Positions 11,277 through 23,161 of a stretch of 64,000 bases of DNA are shown in pieces. Position 1 is the first letter of the stretch; each line of letters begins with the position of its first letter. The position numbers and the translations under genes were made by a program. The stretch comes from Minutocellus sp. GHC0000111 (taxonomy: Eukaryota), in contig OZ361257.1 in NCBI GenBank assembly GCA_977018835.1, forward strand, positions 1,054,001-1,118,000, given 5' to 3'. The notes below the pieces were generated by a model that saw only the letters and a program-made list of their open reading frames with translations, made no database searches and was not told where the DNA came from.

Positions 11277-14200
11277 CTAATGAGATGTCCAGTAATTTGG
11301 CTCGGAATCAGATGCCTCGGAATTGTTGCGAATCATTTGCTCGAATTTTGCAGAAATTTCTTTGCCCTTGACAATCCACTCCTCTCGGTTATTGAGAGCA
11401 TTGCCAAGGTATTCCTCGCCGGCAGATCCAAAGACTCCACATTCCTTCAGCTTTGTCGCAAGGGGGATGATGTATCCATCGAAAAATCCAATCTGACCTT
11501 CATACCAGCCGACGGTCGGATCGTTCTTCGCTCGCCCTGAAACATAGGCAGCCCAAAGCTCGCGGTAGAGCCTCTCATTCCACTTCATAAACGTTAGCCA
11601 ATGCTGCATTGTGTGTGCAACATCGGAGGCCAACACGATCTGCTCCAAAACCACAGTAGCCTTCAGACTAACGTCGACCTTCGAGAGCTCGGACTCCTTC
11701 TTGTCATCCCACTCATTGGACCAGTGCGAAAAGCCTTCGAAGGCTCGCTGCCAGCGGGCTTGCTCCTTCTGCTTGCGTTCTCGGTCGGCAATGTCGGTGG
11801 CAATGACAACGTTGATGAGAAGTTGACGGAATCGATCCCGATCTTCATCTGTTCCGAACATGCAGGCCCGGAGATTTTCAAAGCCGGGCTCCATCAAAAC
11901 ACTCCATGCCACCATGATGGAATTGTTTTCAGCGACACTCTTATTGATGTACTTGGCCCCGAGGTCTGGTTTCTCCCCAATTAGAATTGCATTTGGCACT
12001 CCAGTATGATCCACGTCGTGCACGAGGGCAGCGAACACCACGGCTAGCTGAGCCAAAGGATCCGAGCTAATTCCAAAAGTAGAGAAAAACAAACCGGTCT
12101 CTCTCTGACGACTAATTGCTGTGTCGCTCTTATCACTCTTTTTCTCTTCCTCCCCATTTGCAGAGCTACTGCTCGAGTCTCCATCGCGGCTACAAACCTT
12201 ATTCATTAATTTGCTTGCACTCATCGTCACTATTGTAATTGAGAAGGAAGACCAGATGGAAGAGGGCAATAATAGAAAATCGATGAGATATCTTTGTGAA
12301 ACGACCAAAGAATAATGATTCAAATCAATTCCGCCACACACAGAGCAAGCACGCCGTTTTCCCCTTCCTCGTTTGCAGACGATTCGGTACTTACCGTGAG
12401 ACGCGTGTTCAAAGTTGTGAAAATGCACATTCTTGTACATAAATGCAATTCGAGTAACGTATTCAAGAAGCTCTTGCCTGGCTTCCTTTGTGATGCACTG
12501 AAGAGACTTTCGTTTGTGCAACGCAACCTCGATGGATGCAAATTGATTCTCCGCGACGCGATCAAAGTGCCTAAAGTCCACCGCCTCGGCAATTTCGTCG
12601 GAAAATAGAGTCGAGGAAATGTCATCGTCGACAGTAAGGCCCTTTGTTCCCTTCTTTTGTTTCTGCACGCTTCGGACTAGAATTACCTTGACGAGATATT
12701 TTTCCAATACCGCTGCGTTCCATCTGATCAACCGCTTTACAAGTAAGCTCGGCTGAAGCGCGCCATCCTCCTCATCACTACCACTTTTGATGCCGGTATC
12801 TTTCCACGACGCTGAGTCATCGATCTGCCCAACGCCAGAGGAGGTAGATCGGTGACTCACACCACTCTGCATTCCCATCATGCTTTTGTCCCTCGTCATT
12901 GCCATTTTCTCGCCGGAGCTAGAATGTTCGGTGGCACCGCTGTCGGAAGGGCTATCGGCAAATGAAACTCGAATCTCGTTCATGTCACCGTGAGACTCAT
13001 TGCTGTTGGTGCTGCAACTACTGCCCCTCCTTTTGCTCGACCTCGGCATCCAATAGGTCTGAAGTTCGCCTTTACCCTTGGCATGGACAGTGTCGGATCT
13101 AGGCATCAAATACCGTTCCTTGCCAGCAGCAACGAGAAGATCTGCTGTCTTTTGCGAGACCTGTATTTTATTCCTGATGCCAGTGCTTTCCATGCCTAAG
13201 ACGTAGAGAGGCCAAAGAAGGAGAAACGCGACAAAAGTTGAGAGAACGAAATTTAATGAAGAAGAAGAACAAAATGTAAGCTTGGGCCTACATGTACTCA
13301 CGAGACGCAGTGTTCATTGTGTCACCGAAGAGCTGAAAACGAGACTTTTCGCCTCTCAAGACGCCAGCAGTGACAGGTCCACTATGGAGACCTACTCGCA
13401 GACGGAGATCCGCTGGGCCCGGACCAAGTGAAAGCTCAAGCTCACTTGTAAGATCGTGGAAGCGCATAAGACAGTTCTGAGCAAATCTAACCATTGCAAG
13501 AGCATGATCTTCTCTAGGATTCGGAAGGCCAGTGACGGCGACGTCTGATGATGAAAATGGAAAGGAAGGACGAGGACATAGCAGAGAAGGAGGTTTAGAA
13601 GATGGATCAATGAGAAAAAGTCCGCCGGGGACATTCCAATTGAAATCGCGGAAACAATACTCACAGCAATCTCCGATAGTCTCGACCTTGAACACGCCGT
13701 ACTTCTTGGCTTCGGAATCGAATTCCCTGAACAATGCCTCGAGTAGCTGGAAAACCTGTGCTGGCTCCCGCTCAGAGCTCCAGGCAGTAAATCCCGCTAT
13801 ATCGGCAAAACGGATTGTCGTGTCTGTGAAAAGATCGGCTATAGGAGGACTAGACCCCGAAATGGCTGTGCTGTCGTCGCCGGTAGTCAAATTACTGTCA
13901 TGCTGCCTTCCAAGGAAAGAGGCTACAGTAACCTTCTTGAAACCATCAGCGGAAGAATTGGTATCAACGATGTTGCTGACGGCCTTGGGTACCAAACTTC
14001 GCATGCCGCTTTTGTTCCTCTTTTCTTCCTCTTCAGCCGCCATTTCTTCCTCAGCAGTTCTGAACAATCGATCTCGTACGACTGCCGGAAAGAGCGAATG
14101 GACAATCTTGGAGGACTTTTCGGCGGACTTCATCACAGCCGTCTGGCGGCGTTCCACGAGACAATCGTAGATGAAGAATGTCAGAGAAGTAAAGACGAAC

Positions 14201-16644
14201 ACAAGGGCGATGGCACAAGCGTAGATTGCGGGTTGATTGGTGATGTAATTGGATCGGAAAGCATTCGAAGGGTCAATTGACCACTTGCTGTCTCGTCACA
14301 GCGGGCTCGACGACGATGGTCCATGTGATGGTTTTCCAGATGATAGAGGATCCCATTGAGCTCATATGCAGCCACCTTCTCCATTTTATCGAAGCTCTTG
14401 TCGTGAAGATCGCCTTCACCAAGAAAGGTTGCCTCCCCACCATTCAATTCAAATGTATGGGATTGTCCAGTACTTGACTCTAAGACGCACACAATACCGC
14501 TAACGTCAGAAGGAAGAATGCTCATGAACATCGAAGTCCAGGTAAACGATATAGAAGTCACTCCAACCGCAACAGAAAGAGCATGATTGTCAACAACGGG
14601 GTAGAAGAGCGTTGAGGAAGGTTCCACGTGATGCGAGTCATCAGCATGATAATCAACAGAATTCAAGAGGGCATCGGTAATCGTAGGATGGACGTTGGAT
14701 ACGCAGTCATCGATTGCCTCGCGCTGCTCCGGAATCGAGTACATGTTGAACATGATGCCAACAGCATTTTCGTCCATGGGTGCAACCTGCCACAGTGGGA
14801 AGTATGGTCCTTCGGTGTCATCTTCGTCCACGAACTGGAGGTTTCCATCAATGCGGAAGATCCCTTCCTCTACCGTGCGAATCTGCGCCTCGGAGGCGCC
14901 TTCATCTCCATCATGACCCTCGTCGCCATGAGGCATGTCACCACCGTTTCCTTGGTGATGAGAGTCCGGAGCCATGTCTCCCATTTCGAGACCGTTGTCG
15001 GAGTCCTGGTGGGGCTCCATCTCGTCCATAGTCATTTCATTTCCGCCACTTCCTTGATGATCCATATCAAGCATGGGCGATACCTCCGGTTCCATGACGC
15101 CTTCTCCATGATGATCTGCGTCGGTGTCCTTCATGGATGTGTCATCTTGATGCATGTCATGTGCCATACCTTGATCCATAATCTTGTCGCTCACGTTACC
15201 CGTGGAAGCACCTTCTTGGGCCATATCAGAATCTTCTTCTTGAGTCAAATCATGAGCCATGTCATAATCCATTGTGTTGCCGTTCATTTCGCCTGAAACA
15301 TCTTGATGTGCAGTGTTAAAATCTTCATCTTGGGCCATGTCGGTAACTCCCCCATGGGCCTCGTGAGCCATGGCCGATTCTTCCTGTAGTCGTCGGTCTT
15401 GCGTAGGGGTCAGTCTGCGACCTCGCAAACCATTGAGACGCCGCTCTCTATCTCTATGGCCGTGTCCATTGGCTGCGTCATCCTTCTCCATTGCCATGCC
15501 CGCCGCCGTATCTGATGCCATACTCATGGGGCTGGTTCCGCTTTCAACGTCACCATCGGTCATGGGTGCTCCGTGGGCATGGGTAGTAGACACCGAGTGG
15601 TCAGAGTGCATCACATCGGCGACGGTATCATGCCCCCCGTGACCGCCGTGCTCGCTAAGGTGGTAAGTAGAACCACCATTTGCGATTATAGCATTCAAAC
15701 CAGTTCGCTCGGCCACCTCAGTGGCGTAGGCCTCCCACCCCTCCCGAGTTTCTGCAGTCACTAAAGGACTGAACCCGATGGACCAAGAATGAGCCAGGAG
15801 AGGCATAGCCATGGTCATCCTCAGAAATCCTGACATGGTAACATTTGGCCAAGCCAAGGTATGATCCACGCCTTCCTGCGTCGCGAAGGCACCGCTAAGG
15901 GTGTAGGCGGTGTATACCTTCATGTCCATGTTGTGAGTGAAGGAATCGATGACCTTGTCGGCGAGATTGTCATCTGGTGGTCAATACAAAAAAGATGAGA
16001 GTAAGGAGAAAGGCCAGGAACGCAAAGGTTGGTTGAGCAGATGAGAAACAGCTAGTAAGAAAAATGCGAAACCCACTGTTGGGACGCGCAGTAAGCACCA
16101 CCAAAGCGCAAAAGACCATGGGGATGCAGTTGCTCTACTCACACTCAAGCTCGAAGTTGCCTTGCTCGTCGGTCCGCGTGAAATGGTAGACTGCCCACGT
16201 AACCACGATTGCCGTGACAATTAGGAGAAGAATCACAATGATCTTGAGACAGCGCACGTTCCGATACTGCCTCTGGAACTTATCCTTGACGCCTTCGCCG
16301 CCACCGTCGGCGGCAGCATTAGGTTCCCCGTCGACGACATCGTCCTGGAAGCGGACACTTTCCCGGTCGCTACCGCGGCGATTATTATGCCCACAACGGG
16401 CGGTACCGCTGTCGTCGTCGAAGAACTCGGATTCAGAGCTCGCCGATCGATCACTCTCGGCGTCGGCTTGGGTGGCGACATGGCCCATGCTGCCCCTCTT
16501 GGGTCCGGTACCGGGTCGGACATTCGGCGGCGGGGCCGAACCCGGCAGGCCCGCGGCGCTCTGGTCACCGTTCATGTCGACGCTAATGTTCAAGGGAAAA
16601 TCATCTGGCCGCCCATCGCTACTCTTCTTGCTGTTGCCCGTCAT
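11277..16644 (-). CDS. Receptor-type class III nucleotide cyclase fused to a cyclic-nucleotide phosphodiesterase (HD) domain; one frameshift
   Basis: Order: TM1, ectodomain, TM2, cyclase (FADIAGFT, KVETIGDCYVAVTG, RVGLHSG, FQLFGDTMNTASRMES), PDE (FHNFEHASHV, HDVDH, ATDI, ASDVAHTMQHW). GT-AG introns at 15974-16142, 13545-13664, 13196-13301 and 12230-12394 each restore frame or a conserved motif. A frameshift at about 14266-14271 lies just before TM2. Confidence 0.88.
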
Positions 16645-17005
16645 GGCTGGTGGTACTCGTAGGCCTACTAGTATGTATCACAGGAGAATGGAGGAGTCAG
16701 TCGGGTCGATTGTGCAATCGTTCTTGCGACAATAACACTCTCGTAAATGTCTCACACACAAATTCTGCAGATGGCTGCCCCTGCCCCTCGATCGCACGCT
16801 TCAATAATGCTGAGGACGCAACTGAGGAGGGCGCAATGACAAAGGCAGACCAAATATTGGAATCGGCACAAAGCTCGGGAGGTATCGTCAGGCCCCAGCC
16901 CGTCCGCTTGCAATTCTCCCTTGCAATTCGCTAGCTACGTGTAAGTGCACACCAGGCGGCAATCAGATCTTCGGCCGCGCTCTGCAGGCAACAGCGGCGG
17001 CAGTA

Positions 17006-17228
17006 GGCATGTGTAAGTTGTGGGTCAAAAGCCAAAAAATTGTGGGTCAAAACCCACTGCGATTTTTGTGGGTTAGTTGTTTTCACCTATTTTAGGGGAA
17101 AAAGGGGGGATTTAATGGCGAAAATAGGGTCAAATGGACCGAATCAAGGGGTCTGAGAAGTCCAAAATTTGTGGGTGATTTGTGGGTTTTTAGTCGAATT
17201 AGTCAAAACCCCACAACTTACACATGGC
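17006..17228. mobile_element. MITE of 223 bp with 19-bp TIRs and a TA (or TAG) target duplication
   Basis: Left end GGCATGTGTAAGTTGTGGG and right end CCCACAACTTACACATGGC match at 18/19 positions. TA flanks both sides. Five internal TTGTGGG subrepeats. The interior is non-coding. Confidence 0.85.
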
Positions 17229-17517
17229 TAGGCGGCATCAGCGCGCGTCTTTTGATGACCGACCTGCTTAAAGTTTCGAAGTTACGCGCAGTGACTTTCT
17301 GATTGACGTCCGGAACCGGTCCTGGCTACGTAGCTACGTAGCTACGTAGCTAGCTGGCTAGTGCCTGCTTTTGGGGTCTATTGAATGATTGATGTCTACA
17401 CGTAGACTACCGGAGGAGCTGAGCGCGAAGGCCAGAGATTGATGGTTCAATTCATCAATTCATTCGATGGATGGCTGCATTCTTTTCCGCGATTCTCGTG
17501 TTAGTGTGACTGACTGT

Positions 17518-19018
17518 AGAGTGATTTCACGAGAGAGCAGACACCCCCTCCGCGATGTTTCGTAAACATTGTACCAACTTCCTTTTATTGATGATCCTTA
17601 CTCAGAAGGGTATTGTAGACCATAATCAACAATAAAAGGAAGTTGGTACAATGATCTTGGTGCTCTTTTAGCACATGATATAGATACGGTATTAGAGTGT
17701 TTCTTTTGGTACACTATTGTTTGAAAATTTATTTTTATGTCGTAGAATACACTTGTGCTGTTTCAAGAAAGAAAAAATACATCAAACTTTATAACGAAAC
17801 AAAACCCATTTCGTTCAACGAATGGGGCCACAACATGTGTCGCCGACGTGCCTCCCATTGAGAACAATCAAGACTACGGGGCACCATAACCTTGTAATAG
17901 CCTTTCACAACACTGTGGTGCAGCAGGAGACTTGCAATTACTTTTTTGAGCCTTGAAAAATTCGTTCGCGTTAGACCCGATTTTTTCGACAGTTTCCGAC
18001 GTTCCATCACGACCATGTTCGCCCGATGTACAGCACCACCCCGGCCATCGCATACACTCTGACCACCTAGATGCCTTCCTGAATATTACTGGAAGGGATT
18101 TTTGGGCGATAGCGGTGCGTCGGTGCGTGCCTGTACCGCGAAATGTGGCCCAGCGCCATTACCACCCCCATTACACCACCCATCCGAAAGTTGGTCCGGA
18201 TGCTTTTATGCGGTCCATGCACCACTTCCGTTGCACTGAGCCGTCGACGCTTCACCCATATATATACCAAGCGCATTTGAGTGGGGGGTGGTGGCATTTC
18301 TTGACAATTCATAGAGAAAACTATTCCCAAAGTCCCGTGTCTGATGTCGGCACCAGATTTCACCTTCATTGCTTCTGCCGCCCGAGAGGAACGAAACCGG
18401 AGAAAGCGGCCAAACCAATACGTGAGATCGATGGATGTAATATAGAATGAGCATCGTGCGTGCTGATATTGCGTGAAGGAACAGTGGTTGAGGCTTGAAG
18501 GGGGTTGTAGTTGGGGATTTGCTACTTTCAGATGTTTTTGCTTTCCATGGTGACGGCCACAATGATACAAAGATGGGGCCCAATATCGACCCTCTGGCGC
18601 AAACTTGCTCCCAATATTACCCAAGTGAAAGTAATGCCGGTCAGGGAGGATTGAAATGGATGTAGACAAGCATCAGCCATCCTTCTTTGCCATTTTGAGG
18701 GTAAAAAAATATTGAAAATTTCTGGGCATGAGGAGATGTTGCTAAAATAGCACATGATGTACGAATGAGTTTGCTTTCAAGTATGCAATACTCACCTAAC
18801 GCATGTAGTTGGCGTATACATCGGTTGGCTTGGAGTTATTTATCGTTATACCATCATTTGGTGGCCTTCTTGTGGAGATGAATTCTCCTTGCTTTCGCCG
18901 TGTTGAGAGAGGCCATTTAGTGGGTTCATTTTTGCGCTGCATAAAGTATCGCACAAAAAAATTTCCTAGTGCCTTACTATTTACGGCGATTTTGTCGGCG
19001 GTCTCGTGGAATCACTCT
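17518..19018. mobile_element. Non-autonomous TIR DNA transposon, about 1.5 kb
   Basis: Left end AGAGTGATTTCACGAGA (17518-17534) and right end TCTCGTGGAATCACTCT (19002-19018) match at 16/17, extending to 22/26. The flanks share CTGTAG, so the TSD length is ambiguous (2, 4 or 6 bp). No recognisable protein inside. Confidence 0.75.
17567..17653. repeat. Perfect 24-bp inverted repeat (hairpin) with a 39-nt loop
   Basis: cattgtaccaacttccttttattg (17567-17590) is the exact reverse complement of 17630-17653. Confidence 0.95.
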
Positions 19019-19019
19019 G

Positions 19020-19065
19020 TAGATCTAGATCTACATACCGGTACCGGAATGTAGATCTAGATCTA
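19020..19065. repeat. 46-bp near-perfect palindrome
   Basis: tagatctagatctacat-a-ccggtaccgg-a-atgtagatctagatcta, with a single A/A mismatch. Confidence 0.95.
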
Positions 19066-19169
19066 GCCAAGTCATTGACGTAAGATACTTCCTAGATCAT
19101 AGGAATTCCTATATATGAATAATAAACAACCTACTAGATCTACATGTACGTGCACATGTGGGAATATTC

Positions 19170-21373
19170 CTATCTCCCAGCATTGCAAGTCCATGCAGAT
19201 GGAAGCAAAGTTATATCGATTGTTGACTTTCTTCTTCCTCCTCCTCCCGATGTGAAGGACAAGTCACAACTGGCGCCGTTCGAAGACAGTAGATCTACCA
19301 AAACAGACTCACTGCAAGTTGACTGAATCTGTGACATGACCTGGCGATTCAACACCCCATCTGCGATGCAAAAGGCAAACATCTTTCGAGCGATGGCATC
19401 CCTCTCACTGCCCCTTTCAACAAGCTTGCGAATTGCCTTGAAGAAGAGCGAATAAGTTACGCTCGTGCGGCGGTTACGCTCTGCCTTGGACTTGGACAGC
19501 CTCTTGAACGTATCGAGTGCAATGAGAAAAGCCCGCTTCTTGATGGCAGCGTTGCCATAGGCATTGGCGCAAGTCTTCAGGACGCTGTTGTAGCTAATAA
19601 CATCAGGACGAACGTCAGCATTGCCCTCCGAGGATTCCTCCAACATTCGTAGGAGTAACTGATGTGCCCTCTCCGCCTTCCTCTTGTAGCTGCTCTGCGC
19701 GTACGCATCAATCACAGCATTGAAGACAGCCGTCGTAGGCTTGACCTCTCGGTTGCCAAAGGCATACATTCGCTCCATATCTTCTAACAGCTTCTCCGCG
19801 CTTTCTGCCGCACCAAACGCCTTGCTCCGACCGAGAGCAGAAATGACAGAGCAGTACGTTCTCGTGTTGGGTTTCAACTCCTCATCTCCAGCTTCATTGA
19901 GTTCAATCATTTCATTGAGTAGCTCCACTGCATTGTCTCCTGCGTCGTCGGAGCCGCTTCGGGCGTAGGCATCGATGATTGACGTGTAACACGCCACGTC
20001 GGGCTTGCAATCCTTCCTTCCGGCATGGTACCGTTCTTGCATGGTGTCTAAAAGGTACCGCGCCTTCTGAGCCGATCCGGCCGCTCCACTCCTCGCAAGG
20101 GCATTGATAGCGGCGGTATAGCTGTGCGTATTGGGCCGAACGTAATCCTCTCCCGCCTCGTATAGCTCCTCCATCTCCTCCAACAACTGCAGCGCCCGAT
20201 CTGCCGCCTGCGGATGGCGACTGGACGACCACGCGGCAATGACAGATGTATAACTAATGCTATCTGGGCGGACGTCGTCATTGCCAGACAAGAACAGCGT
20301 TTCTTGGTGCCGGAGCAAATCTTCGGCTCGTTCGGCGGCATCAGCCTCGCCACTGACCGCATACGCATGCAGACATGTGTTGAAGGATATGCAGTCGGCC
20401 TTCAATTCGTCCTGATCGTTGCGTTCCAAACTCAGCTCCATCATTCGCCGAAGCAATGACTCGGCCCTTTGCGCGTTGCCCTGCTTGGCCCAGGCCAAGA
20501 TGCAGCTGTTGTAGGTGATGGTATTGGGCATACACGAGACAGCCCCCTGCTCTTCATTGACATAATGTCCGCCATGGTCAGATTGCGCATTGTTAATTGC
20601 CAAACAGCTATCCTCCATCTCAAATAATAATTCTTCGGCTGCCTCGGGTTGGCCGCTGTTGGCCAGAGCAAGTATGAGGGTGTTGAACGAGATTGTATTT
20701 GGCCGCACCAGCGTCCCCCGTCCGCCTCGTGCAATGTCGTCTAGGGTCATGCCCTCCATCCGGCTAAGGAGTCGCCGGGCATCTTCGGCCGACTGACGAT
20801 TGGCCGCGCTGGCATGACGGGCGTAGGCGTTCATGACGCTGTTGTAGCTGACGGTGTCGGGAGTGATTTCGTAGTATCCCTCGGCGTGGAGCGCCTCGAT
20901 GCGCAGCAGCAGCTCCTCGGCTCGTGCGGCTGCGCCGCGTTGGCCAGACTTGCCTAGATAGTCGAGATTCATGTTGAGCGAGGTGATGGGATCGCGGCCC
21001 TTGGCGATGGACTTTTCCCTCGTGTTGGCATCGAGCCGTTGCTGGCGACTTCTCTTGCGCTTCCTGCCTCCGCCGCCTCTGGCAGGGTCGTCGTGCACGA
21101 TGGGATCGGGCAGCATGCTCCGATTCCGCCGCCTCTGGTTGGTGGAGTTTGGGTCCGATGATGAAGATGAAGATGAGGAAGACGACGATGCTGTTACTGC
21201 TGTGGCTGTGTTGCATGCTGCCGAATAGGCAGTAGTCAGATATTTGAGCCGAGGCGAAAACGTCGCCGACGTAGGCGTTGGCCGTTGCGGCTGGGAGGGT
21301 GAATAGCCATGTGCGATGCCATCGTAGCTGCTCTTGAGCACGAAAACGAAGAAGGCGACGTTGGTAACCTCAT
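19170..21373 (-). CDS. P-class pentatricopeptide repeat (PPR) protein, likely organelle-targeted
   Basis: About 10 repeats such as PDTVSYNSVMNAYAR, PNTISFNTLILALAN and PDVACYTSIIDAYAR. The ORF has no early in-frame ATG. The ATG at 21373 is 1 nt out of frame and would give a signal peptide MRxTNVAFFVFVL...AHGYSP. Confidence 0.9.
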
Positions 21374-21636
21374 CTTGAGCACGAGGGAGAAGAGTTGTGA
21401 TGTGTTGATGTTGTGCTTCTATTTCATCGGTTCATCCCCAACTTCAACTTGGTGCCGGGGGCGCGGACAGCGCATGGGGACAGACGGACAGACCACAGAA
21501 AAAAAAGCGTACCTAGGTACATGTAGCGACAAATCACTTTTTAGCCAAGCCGATGCCAAGATAGCCGATACGATACAGGAGCAAAATCGGTAGCTACGAA
21601 CACGCCCAGCAAGAGATAGAATAATAATATTGAATC

Positions 21637-22365
21637 ATGTCTGTCGAGGGTGTAATTGACTGGGACGAGGCCATGGAGCAATGTGGAGATGACGAGGAAT
21701 TCCTACGAGAACTTCTCGCCGACCTTCGCGGGGAGGTCGATCAGCAGGTGAAAAAGATAGACGAGATGTTGACCAATGTGAGTTGAGCCTGGGCTCTTTG
21801 TTTTGGGAGCTGAGAGAAAGCGCAAGGGGGGAATCTTTGGTCCTTGGATCGGAGCTAGACAATCATTGACTCGGGACGATCCGTTGGAGAGTTGCGCATA
21901 CGGCGGAAGAAGCCGGTTCGAGACCATGGAGACGTAATGTGCCAGATAATCCGTTGGTCGTGTCTGTTGCTTTCGGTACAAATTGTACGGAACAATCTTT
22001 ACGTGCCGACCTGACCTGACTGCCGGCTGAAGGCCGATAACCTCGATCTCTCATCTCACTTATTTCCACACAACCTCTCCCCTCCAAACTGCACCCTCAC
22101 TCACAACAATGGAAAGGTACCTGACGGCGCATTTCATCAGATAATGAGAGCATCGCACGTGATCAAGGGGGCCGCTTCCAATCTCATGTGCCAGCAGCTC
22201 CGACAAACGGCCATGGCGCTGGAATCGCAGGCGTCGACGGCCAACGATGCTGCGGGGGATCCGGCCGCCGTTCAGGCCAATTTACCCATTGTGAAGGCAA
22301 GATTTGACGAATTACGGCAAGCGGTGGCGAATTATCATGCGTTTTTGGCGTCGGTCGGTATCTAA
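21637..22365 (+). CDS. Stand-alone histidine phosphotransfer (Hpt) protein, 2 exons
   Basis: Exon 1 is 21637-21777 (MSVEGVIDWDEAMEQCGDDEEFLRELL...), followed by a phase-0 intron 21778-22116 (GTGAGT...AAG) and exon 2 at 22117-22365 with the phospho-His motif ASHVIKGAASNL. Confidence 0.92.
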
Positions 22366-23161
22366 ACAAAAGGAACAACTGCACCTGCAGCGACACATAC
22401 CGGTACATAAAGGTCGCAACAAATATTTTTTGCATGTATCTTGGGGGCTCGGATGGAATGGATTGAAACGGAACGAATAGAAATGGAATGGAAGAAGGTT
22501 GAAAAGCTTTTATTGTTTCTTTGTGAGCAGGCGATGAGATTAGTTATCGAGTTGAGTTGATTCCTCTCTAAAAAGCAAGTTTGGATGGATCATGAATGTT
22601 TCCTGAAAAGGAAGTGCAAGGAGATTAACGAGACTTTCACGGAACACTGTCTCACTGGATTTGAAGCCTGTAATGGGCGTTGTTGTCTGTCGTCACCGAG
22701 AGGATCGATGGCGGCAGCAGTAACAGACCAAGGTCCAGTCGGTACCGGTGGTACGACGGTGGAGTCTAATGCTCAGTCACTGGAATATATGACGTATCAG
22801 CACAAAGCAAAGCCACTGCTATATCGAGGAACTGGACAGATAATTGATCTACTAAAGAGGCATACTGTACACACGAATGGAGCGCTTGTTTGTATCTTTT
22901 CTGCACCCTGACAAACATCGCGCTTTGCAGCAGCAGCTTTCGCCCACCGACGCCACCGACGGACGACGGACACGCCAAATCGCATCGATCGCGCGCGACG
23001 ATCGGCGAGATATCGCATCAACGAGAGAGCTGATGCTGAGAGGCGGAAATGCTGGTGTAATCGTACCGGTGCGGCGAACGGCAGTAGCACTTCTTCTACG
23101 TAGCCACCTCTAGCTAGTAGCGGCCAGTTACATCGTGCAAGTAGCGCCTACGTCTATCTCA

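Noticed and set aside
17953..18755. ORFs of 75-200 aa inside the 1.5-kb element
   Set aside because: No recognisable motifs, overlapping on both strands, and non-coding-like composition.
17669..18758. 11-bp direct repeat TAGCACATGAT as a MULE-type TSD
   Set aside because: No TIRs lie inside the repeats, and a match of this length within 1 kb is plausible by chance.
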